Shown here: in pieces, positions 57,459 through 64,000 of the stretch | Position numbering within the stretch: the first letter of the stretch is position 1 | How the letters are laid out: each line of letters begins with the position of its first letter | From: Candidatus Uhrbacteria bacterium | Lineage (GTDB): Bacteria; Patescibacteriota; Patescibacteriia; UBA9934; GWF2-40-263 | DNA: 64,000 nt | Reading direction: 5' to 3' | Assembly (NCBI GenBank): GCA_903843045.1 | Contig: CAIMOJ010000046.1 | Coordinates: 650 to 64,649, forward strand | Position numbers and translations under genes: made by a program | The notes under the pieces: model-generated | What the model saw: the letters and a program-made list of their open reading frames with translations, nothing else | What the model was told of the DNA's origin: nothing | The model's database searches: none

Positions 57459-57994
57459 ACGCGATCGATCCGATCGCGCAACGCCGCCATCGCCAGCGCG
57501 CGGTGCGAGATCTTGTTCTTTACGTCCGCGCCAAGCTGGCCGAACGTCTGTTCGTACCCGTCCGGAATGAAGTACGGGTCGAACCCGAACGTCGAGTCGC
57601 CTGCCATTGCGGTGAGACGGCCCGTGACGACTCCCTCGACGTACTCCAGTCGTTCCCCGTCGAAGTACGCCGCACCGCACGTGGCCTTGGCGCTCCAATC
57701 GCTCACGGCCTCGCAGACGATCAGCGCCGGCTCATACCCCGCGGTCTTGGCCCAGAACTTCACGAACGGACCCGGCATTCCCTTCAGCGCGGCAATCTCA
57801 AAGCTCACGTCCTCGACGATCACCGGCCCGCCGACCGCCTCGAACGCGGCGCGGACCTTGGCGCGAACGATTTCCTCGAGCGAGAGCGACTGGATCTCCG
57901 GGATCTCAACCGTCGACGAAGTCATCTCACGTCCGGGAAACATCGTCTGCAGTTCCCTCAGCTTGTTCGGATTTCCCGTGACGATCGTGATCAT
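57455..57994 (-). CDS. rdgB: Non-canonical purine NTP pyrophosphatase (RdgB/HAM1 family)
   Basis: MITIVTGNPNKLRE... FGFDPYFIP... HRA motifs of ITPase family; 4-nt overlap with the NUDIX gene. Confidence 0.75.
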   Translation of the reverse strand: MITIVTGNPNKLRELQTMFPGREMTSSTVEIPEIQSLSLEEIVRAKVRAAFEAVGGPVIVEDVSFEIAALKGMPGPFVKFWAKTAGYEPALIVCEAVSDWSAKATCGAAYFDGERLEYVEGVVTGRLTAMAGDSTFGFDPYFIPDGYEQTFGQLGADVKNKISHRALAMAALRDRIDRV

Positions 57995-58454
57995 AGGGCT
58001 CGGCATGATGAATGAAGGACTTTCTGTAGTGGACAAGGAACTGCAGCACGGCGAGGTGGATGATGAGCAACGATACGAATCCGATCCCGGGATGCGTGAC
58101 GAGACGGTAGACGTTCGGCGGAAGCAGCACGACGAGCAATCCGAGCAACAGGTAATATCCCCACGACTTTCCGCGAAGAAACCCGATTCCACCCGCAACC
58201 TTCACCGAGCCGAACGCGATCAGGATCGCGGTAAAGACACCCTTTCCATGCAGCACCGACGGAAGGTGGTCCTGGACGAACCGGATGATCATATCCCGCG
58301 AATCCTCCCCAAGCTCCTCCGCCATCAGACGGTCCGCGATGTGCTCCAGCCCGCTCGCGGACAACATCAGCAGCGCGACGCCAAGCACGACCTCTACGAG
58401 GCCCGTCGAAATCTCATAGATCCCGATCGCAATGCGCTTGGCGCGTATGGTCAT
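57927..58454 (-). CDS. Small polytopic membrane protein (DUF2127-like)
   Basis: MTIRAKRIAIGIYEISTGLVEVVLGVALLML...; 4-nt overlap with bcp. Confidence 0.35.
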   Translation of the reverse strand: MTIRAKRIAIGIYEISTGLVEVVLGVALLMLSASGLEHIADRLMAEELGEDSRDMIIRFVQDHLPSVLHGKGVFTAILIAFGSVKVAGGIGFLRGKSWGYYLLLGLLVVLLPPNVYRLVTHPGIGFVSLLIIHLAVLQFLVHYRKSFIHHAEPYDHDRHGKSEQAEGTADDVSRT

Positions 58455-58918
58455 ACCAATTCTTTCACGTCCGCCAGCACCTCGTCGGCGTGGTCGGCCG
58501 GCTTGACGTCCTCGTAAATCTTCGCGATCTTGCCGTCCGTTCCGATCAGAAACGACCAGCGCTTGATGCCCATGTACTCGCGGCCCATGAACTTCTTCTT
58601 GGCCCACACGCCGTACGCGTTCACGACCTCCTTGTCCTCGTCGGCCAGGAGCGTGAACGGGAGCGTGTACTTCTCCGCGAACTTCTTGTGCTTCGCGACG
58701 GAATCCACGCTCATTCCGAGCACAACGACGCCGGCCTTCCTGAACTTGCTCCAACTGTCGCGAATCGTGCACGCCTCGACGGTGCATCCCGGAGTGTCGT
58801 CCTTCGGATAAAAGTAGAGAAGGACGACCTTGCCGGCGTAATCCTTGAGGGCGTGTGCCTTTCCGTCCTGGTCCGGGAGAGAGAAGGCCGGGGCTTTGTT
58901 TCCAACGGTCAATGGCAT
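58451..58918 (-). CDS. bcp: Peroxiredoxin Bcp (thiol peroxidase)
   Basis: FYPKDDTPGCTVEAC peroxidatic-Cys motif; 155 aa. Confidence 0.85.
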   Translation of the reverse strand: MPLTVGNKAPAFSLPDQDGKAHALKDYAGKVVLLYFYPKDDTPGCTVEACTIRDSWSKFRKAGVVVLGMSVDSVAKHKKFAEKYTLPFTLLADEDKEVVNAYGVWAKKKFMGREYMGIKRWSFLIGTDGKIAKIYEDVKPADHADEVLADVKELV

Positions 58919-58922
58919 AGGG

Positions 58923-59480
58923 TCAGATGAATTGTAAAATCGTTGGCAAATCCGTCGTTCCGTCGTCGCCGCTGAAATGCCCTTTCGCGTGCTCGACGAT
59001 CGTTTTCGCGCCGAAGCGGTTGCGGACGATTTCCTCGCTGGTCAGGAGGATATATGGGTCGTCGTCGGAGAAGATGCCGACGATCTTGTCCGCGAATCGG
59101 CGGATCTTGGCATCGACGAACGGTCGGTCGAGCCAGGGGCGGGCGACGAGTTCTTCCATGAGATCCATGTTCTCGATCGTGTTCACGACCGGGGCGACGA
59201 GGATGACCTTGCCGATCGTCGACCCTTCCGGGAGCCGCTCGAGAAACCGCAGCGCCGCAAGTCCGCCCATGCTGTGGCCGACGACGACGGTCTCCGCGTC
59301 CGACGTGCCTACGAGCGATTCGAGGAACGGAACCCATGTTTCGAACGACGGCTCGGACGGATTCGGCATGAGAGGCGACTCGACGGCGTAGCCGCGGGAT
59401 TCGAGCTCGGCTTTCAGCCACGGAAAGAATCCGTGCGATGGGTTGCCGTTCCAGCCGTGGATGAGAAAGGCTCGCTTCAT
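58923..59480 (-). CDS. Alpha/beta-fold serine hydrolase (RBBP9/YdeN-like)
   Basis: GHSMGG nucleophile elbow, start MKRAFLIHGWNGNPSHGFFPWL. Confidence 0.65.
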   Translation of the reverse strand: MKRAFLIHGWNGNPSHGFFPWLKAELESRGYAVESPLMPNPSEPSFETWVPFLESLVGTSDAETVVVGHSMGGLAALRFLERLPEGSTIGKVILVAPVVNTIENMDLMEELVARPWLDRPFVDAKIRRFADKIVGIFSDDDPYILLTSEEIVRNRFGAKTIVEHAKGHFSGDDGTTDLPTILQFI

Positions 59481-60412
59481 AGGTTGAATCGAAATGTCGA
59501 AACCATGTCGGAAAGCTCGGTGCGCGCCGTCGCCTGGCTGGCGTTCATGGCGCTTTCGTCGATGTCCGTGAAATCGCTGGCGTAATGGAGCGTCGTGGCG
59601 ATCTCCCAGCAGGTCCCGCTGAGATACGTCCGGTAGACCGTTTGCTCGTACCGGTTTCCCGCTCCCGCGTCGGTCGTCGAGGCAATTTTGAACGTTGTCG
59701 CCCCTATCGTCTGCTGGTCGGCAAAAGTCAGGTATACGCCACCGACCGGCGCGTAGCACGCCGTCTCGTCGATCGCCTGCGAACTGACGACAAACCAGGA
59801 ATCCTGGGAGTAGTTCATTGGGTGATAGCTTGCCTCGCTCGTCTTGTACGCAACGGCAACGGATTCCGTGGAAAGACGGCCATATGGCTCCTGCGCATCC
59901 GTCACGGCCATGCCGGGCGCAAAATGAAAGTCGAAGCGACCTTGCGGATCGGAATAGGTTTCCCAATCGACCCAGGTCATTTCTTGGCGGGTCACGACGG
60001 GCGGCTTCGATTCGCGGGCCTGCTCCGACTTGAAGTTATAGTACGCGACACCGAACGAGATCCCAAAGGTGACGACGATGGCAACGGCGATTGAGACGAA
60101 CCAGGCGATCTTCGTCTTCCGAAGCGCGAAGCCTACCAGCGCACCGAGCAGGACGTGAGAGAGGATTCCGACGGAATTCGCGATGATCGTCGTCGGGATG
60201 ACGCCGAGCGAACCAAGGAGCGTGCCGACCGCCGGAAGTACGACGAGCGGCAGGGTCGTCAGCGGGTACATGAACAGCGGCGAGAAGCTGAACGACTCCC
60301 AGCAGCTATTTGCATCGGCGACGCAGCCCCAGAGGAATAGAAGCCAGATCAGGAGATCAACGGCGAGAAACGAGAGAATCCACTGGCGAATGGACGGGTT
60401 GATCTTGATCAT
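59477..60412 (-). CDS. Membrane-anchored hypothetical protein
   Basis: ~5 TM helices in the N-terminal half, C-terminal soluble domain; 4-nt overlap with the hydrolase gene. Confidence 0.4.
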   Translation of the reverse strand: MIKINPSIRQWILSFLAVDLLIWLLFLWGCVADANSCWESFSFSPLFMYPLTTLPLVVLPAVGTLLGSLGVIPTTIIANSVGILSHVLLGALVGFALRKTKIAWFVSIAVAIVVTFGISFGVAYYNFKSEQARESKPPVVTRQEMTWVDWETYSDPQGRFDFHFAPGMAVTDAQEPYGRLSTESVAVAYKTSEASYHPMNYSQDSWFVVSSQAIDETACYAPVGGVYLTFADQQTIGATTFKIASTTDAGAGNRYEQTVYRTYLSGTCWEIATTLHYASDFTDIDESAMNASQATARTELSDMVSTFRFNL

Positions 60413-60414
60413 AC

Positions 60415-61458
60415 TTATTTCTGATACGCGAACGTTTTTCGCTGCACGCTCACCTTGTGGTCCGGTCCTCCGAAATATTCCTCGATTTCCTCAAGCGCGT
60501 TGCCATGCGCGTCGGACACCGTTGTCGTGCGTCGCATCAGGGTGCCTCCGAACGTCCAGGTGCGAACCGACCGCTTCCCGTCGGCCGACGAGGCGAAGGC
60601 GTTTACCCCGAACGGCTCTTCCTGGCCGACATATCCGACGAGGATTTCCGAGGCATTTCCGTCCTCACCGTACGCGTATGCCTCCCAGCGTCCCGGCGAA
60701 AGATTCACCTTCGCTGCGTTCGCGTCGTACGTTTCCGTCGTTCGCGCGACACGGCCATTCGCGTCGTACGACGTCGCGTGCTCGGTGACCGTCGGCTTGC
60801 CCCAGTTGTCGCCGCTCACGACTTCGAGGACTTTTCTGCCGTTCGCGTCATACGTGTACTCGGACATCGTCGTCCCGCTCGCGTCTCCGACGGAAACGGC
60901 CACGGAGGGAACCGTCTCGTCGCCTTGGTATTCAAAGTCCCTCGTCCATCCGGACTCATACGCCTCCGTGTCCGACGCGCGCATTCTCTTCCAGGCGAAT
61001 ACCTGCCGAACCAGCCGTCCCTTCTCATCGTAAGAATAGGAACGCTTCGCCCGGAATGCCTGGTCCTGTCTGGAAAGGAACCCGCGTTCCTTGTTGGGCT
61101 CATACGTTGTCGTTTGTTCCAAGACATGCCCGGCATCGTCGTACGCGTACCGGTCGACCGAGGTCCGATGCGAAAGCGGGGACTTCCCTGCCTCCCTCTG
61201 CAGTTTCTCATCCAAACCGGGCGCGACTTCGGATGACCTCCGTTCCGTGAGAACCCTCCCGCGACCGTCGTATTCAAACCGCACGATTCCCTGCGTCAGA
61301 TCCGGCCTTCCGTCGCGAATCGTGTGCGTGCACGTTTCCATGACCCGTCGGCTTTCACCGCGTTCTCGCGAATCCCCCGAAAAGCTAACCGATTCGTCCT
61401 GATTCCCCGTGCGTCGTTCGGACATATCCCTGATTCTTCGTTGGTTATAATTCCCCAA
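60415..61458 (-). CDS. YD-repeat (RHS-family) protein
   Basis: Multiple YD motifs: YAYDDAGHVLEQTTTYEP, YSYDEKGRLVRQ, YTYDANGRKVLEV, TSYDANGRVARTTETYDANA. Confidence 0.55.
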   Translation of the reverse strand: MGNYNQRRIRDMSERRTGNQDESVSFSGDSRERGESRRVMETCTHTIRDGRPDLTQGIVRFEYDGRGRVLTERRSSEVAPGLDEKLQREAGKSPLSHRTSVDRYAYDDAGHVLEQTTTYEPNKERGFLSRQDQAFRAKRSYSYDEKGRLVRQVFAWKRMRASDTEAYESGWTRDFEYQGDETVPSVAVSVGDASGTTMSEYTYDANGRKVLEVVSGDNWGKPTVTEHATSYDANGRVARTTETYDANAAKVNLSPGRWEAYAYGEDGNASEILVGYVGQEEPFGVNAFASSADGKRSVRTWTFGGTLMRRTTTVSDAHGNALEEIEEYFGGPDHKVSVQRKTFAYQK

Positions 61459-61510
61459 TACTCTATCACAAAACCGCCCCGACGTGCGTCGAAGCGGTTT
61501 TGGCTGTCTC

Positions 61511-62569
61511 TTATCGCATCGTCCGGTGCGGCGCGCTGAAGGTGAACTCGTCCTTGTCGCTCTGAGAATACACGTGGATGAGCGAAACCCAGTTGGAGCC
61601 GTACATGCGCTTGGCGGTGTACTCGTCCGGAATCAGGCGGAGATACTCGTTATTATCGAGCGTGTACACCCCCGGCTGGTTGTAGAACTGGACGAGGAAG
61701 CTGGCGCGCGAGTACGTCCAGGTTCCGACGACGTCGTAGGCGTCGAGGCGGGAGCACGAGATCGTGCGCACGTCGTCGAAGTCGTTGCCCCAGGCGTAAA
61801 ACGTTTCCTCGTTCGGGAACAGCTTGAGGTCGTTGCCGCTCGTCACCGAGTAGACCGACGCGCGGCCCGAGCACTTCAGAAGCGTGCCGGTCGCGTAGTC
61901 GTAGTCGGGATAATCGTCGTAGCGAACGTGGAACGAGTCGTTGATGTCGCCGACCGCGTCGCGATACGCCTCAATGACGTCGCTCGCGTCGCCGAGATCG
62001 TTCACGATGAACAGGCCCGGGTCGTAGAACCACGCGGAGCGTCCGTCGTCCGTCACGCCGTTGCGCGAGGCCTGCTTCAGGAAGAGGCGCATCGAGTCCG
62101 TATCGTCGGAAATCTGCTGGATGCCATAGGCTACCTTCCAGCCGGTGCCGGCCGAAGCGTGCTGTCGCATCGTCGAATCCGTCACGTACTCGTTGATTCC
62201 GCCGTCCTCGTCCAGGTCGTACGCGTAGAGGTACGGAAGCCCGGCGATGTTCTCGTTGCCGTTCGACAGCGGAGAACGCGGGTCCTCGGCGCGGGTGAAC
62301 GAGATGAACAGCGCGTACTCGCCCTCGTGGCGGGACGGGATCGAGACGTCCTCGTAGACGTACCCGTCGTGGCTGCCGTTCGAGGTCAGCTCAACGCGGC
62401 CGTCGCCCTTCACGTCGGCGTTGCCGTACTCCGTCCAGTCGGACGTGACCGGCGCGTAGTTCTTCTCGTTCGTATCGATGTCCGAACGGGTCGACGCCTG
62501 GGCCGTCGGGACGATCCCGGCGAGCAGGAAAACAAGGCTAAATGCGGAGACAATTTTTTGTGCAGTCAT
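61511..62569 (-). CDS. Secreted hypothetical protein (signal peptide, Asp/Tyr-rich)
   Basis: MTAQKIVSAFSLVFLLAGIVPTAQA signal peptide. Confidence 0.4.
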   Translation of the reverse strand: MTAQKIVSAFSLVFLLAGIVPTAQASTRSDIDTNEKNYAPVTSDWTEYGNADVKGDGRVELTSNGSHDGYVYEDVSIPSRHEGEYALFISFTRAEDPRSPLSNGNENIAGLPYLYAYDLDEDGGINEYVTDSTMRQHASAGTGWKVAYGIQQISDDTDSMRLFLKQASRNGVTDDGRSAWFYDPGLFIVNDLGDASDVIEAYRDAVGDINDSFHVRYDDYPDYDYATGTLLKCSGRASVYSVTSGNDLKLFPNEETFYAWGNDFDDVRTISCSRLDAYDVVGTWTYSRASFLVQFYNQPGVYTLDNNEYLRLIPDEYTAKRMYGSNWVSLIHVYSQSDKDEFTFSAPHRTMR

Positions 62570-62634
62570 ATATTATGATGATTGGCTCAAAATACTGCCC
62601 GATTCAACGTGTTTTGTCAATGATCATTACACGA

Positions 62635-63048
62635 TTAGGCGATTTTTCCCAGATCGCCAAAGATAACCGTCGGATTCACCGCCTCCAGCTCCGTTCGCAA
62701 GTATGCGTTTTCTGGCATCGGGTTCAGCAGGAAAATTCTCTGTCCGAGCACGTGCGCGAACCCGATCTCCCAAAAGGTATTCGCCCCGATGTAATTCTCC
62801 ACTCCGTTCTTCTCCACGTTCGTAACCAGCACCGCGTCCCCGCCCTGCATCAAGTTCCAAAACTCACGGACCGCGTCCATTGTCATCTTCTGGTCAATCT
62901 TAATCCGTTCCTTCTCCTCGTCGGACTTCCCAACGAACGGAGCCGCCAGCGCCGTAAGATACGCGTCATGCCCGAGACCGATCAGACGGTCGCGAAGGTC
63001 GATCATGACCTCCGTCTTCTGCATGCTCCCGATGATCCCGATGCGCAT
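62635..63048 (-). CDS. Small flavodoxin-like-fold protein, possibly nucleoside 2-deoxyribosyltransferase-like
   Basis: MRIGIIGSM... conserved E/F pattern; weak. Confidence 0.3.
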   Translation of the reverse strand: MRIGIIGSMQKTEVMIDLRDRLIGLGHDAYLTALAAPFVGKSDEEKERIKIDQKMTMDAVREFWNLMQGGDAVLVTNVEKNGVENYIGANTFWEIGFAHVLGQRIFLLNPMPENAYLRTELEAVNPTVIFGDLGKIA

Positions 63049-63054
63049 AGAATC

Positions 63055-63666
63055 TCAACTACGAATTATTTTGTCGACGATCCTCCCCGTTTGGTCGAAA
63101 CGATACACGTACACCTCGCCGGTCGCGATCTCAAGCGACGTGATATCGGCATCGGCGATCTCGTCCAAATGCTTCACAAGCGCGCGGAGCGTGTTCCCGT
63201 GCGAAACGACCACCGTATTGATTCCGGAAGCCAGATCGGGACGGATGACTTCCTCAAAGTACGGCACGACGCGAGCATGGACGTCCTTCAGGGACTCGCC
63301 GCCGGGAATGGGATGGTCCCAGCTTCGTCGAAGCAGTTCAAACCGCTCGACGCCATACGCGTCGCGCACCTCCCACTTGTTCTTGCCGGTCAGCTCCCCG
63401 TAATCCCGCTCGTCGAGCGCCCCGTGCTCGTGCGTCGGCAGATGAGCCGTCCCGTGACACGCCTTGATCTCGTCCAGTGTATGCCGCGCCCGAACGAGCG
63501 TCGAGCACCGAAACGCATGAATCTCGATGTCCCGTACCAACTCCCCGGCCCGCCGCGCCTGCTCCCTCCCGCGCCCCGTAATCCCGACGTCCGTCCGACC
63601 CGTCCAAAGCCCAAGCGCATTGTAATCGGATTCGCCGTGTCGAATGAGGATGAGGTACGAATGCAT
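63055..63666 (-). CDS. Histidine phosphatase superfamily, phosphoglycerate mutase-like
   Basis: LIRHGESDYN (RHG phosphohistidine motif), second His in SHGNTLRAL; start MHSYLILIRHG. Confidence 0.75.
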   Translation of the reverse strand: MHSYLILIRHGESDYNALGLWTGRTDVGITGRGREQARRAGELVRDIEIHAFRCSTLVRARHTLDEIKACHGTAHLPTHEHGALDERDYGELTGKNKWEVRDAYGVERFELLRRSWDHPIPGGESLKDVHARVVPYFEEVIRPDLASGINTVVVSHGNTLRALVKHLDEIADADITSLEIATGEVYVYRFDQTGRIVDKIIRS

Positions 63667-63692
63667 ATGGCCAAGCGGTCTTAGGATGATCC

Positions 63693-63884
63693 TTATGCCA
63701 ACTTCCACCGAATGATGAGCAGATGGCTGTCTTCCAGCGCCTCGCACTCATGGGCGCCCGTGTCGTACGCCAAATATTGTCCGGGCGTGGAAAGGATAAT
63801 TTCCCGGTTTTCCTCAGGAATCCAAGTCCTCCACGAACCGGAAATTAGGATCATGACGGTGCGAATGTCCGATGAAAGGTCCAT
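63693..63884 (-). CDS. Cupin-fold protein (fragment/possibly extends past window end)
   Basis: GQYLAYDTGAHECEALEDSHLLIIR cupin-like beta strands. Confidence 0.25.
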   Translation of the reverse strand: MDLSSDIRTVMILISGSWRTWIPEENREIILSTPGQYLAYDTGAHECEALEDSHLLIIRWKLA

Positions 63885-64000
63885 CCCGGCCGTTTTCTTG
63901 AGACCCTTCGGATGCTTCGCCCACTTTACTTCGCAGGACTCTGAATGAAGCAGCGACGACTCAGGGATAAAACTTCCAACGATCCAGCTTCGCGTCGCCG

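Overview
The window is a compact, high-GC (~60%+) bacterial chromosomal segment with dense, often 4-nt-overlapping genes and almost no metabolism beyond housekeeping. This gene content and organisation resemble a reduced CPR/Patescibacteria-like genome, which is inference only. Housekeeping genes I can support are: mreD-like/PBP2; greA; lysS; alr; an ftsQ-like gene; pgi; gltX; clpB preceded by a perfect CIRCE operator; a priA-like gene; def-fmt; a ribosomal/rpoA operon (infA-rpmJ-rpsM-rpsK-rpsD-rpoA-rplQ-rplM-rpsI); alaS; murJ; era; mnmA; secDF; and a NUDIX-rdgB-bcp house-cleaning operon. Accessory content is a cell-envelope glycan cluster (an O-antigen-ligase-like gene, three GT2 genes, a GT4, a GT26 and a Wzx flippase), several secreted or surface proteins, a PduL phosphotransacylase, a YD-repeat protein and uncharacterised proteins. 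No rRNA, tRNA, CRISPR array, transposase or integrase was recognised. The most unusual signal is at least three families of short G/C-rich palindromic elements inserted in frame inside essential genes (priA twice, fmt, rlmD-like, GT4, GT26, a MEMO-like gene and the tail of a secretion ATPase). Each adds a short peptide, e.g. PSPLKGEGQGEVY or LLPTxSVGS, and the arrangement is analogous to Rickettsia palindromic elements. A second candidate system is a translationally coupled pair: a membrane protein plus a VirD4/TraD-like P-loop ATPase carrying a zinc ribbon and a long Pro-rich tail, followed by an unusually long hairpin terminator. Also notable are rpoA lacking an alpha-CTD, alaS lacking its C-terminal domain, a priA-like gene with no visible Walker A, a large HExxH protein, a nucleotidyltransferase-NUDIX fusion, and periodic TTYGTA repeat arrays immediately upstream of alr and secD. 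Coordinates of small non-ORF features were placed by eye and may be off by 1-2 nt.
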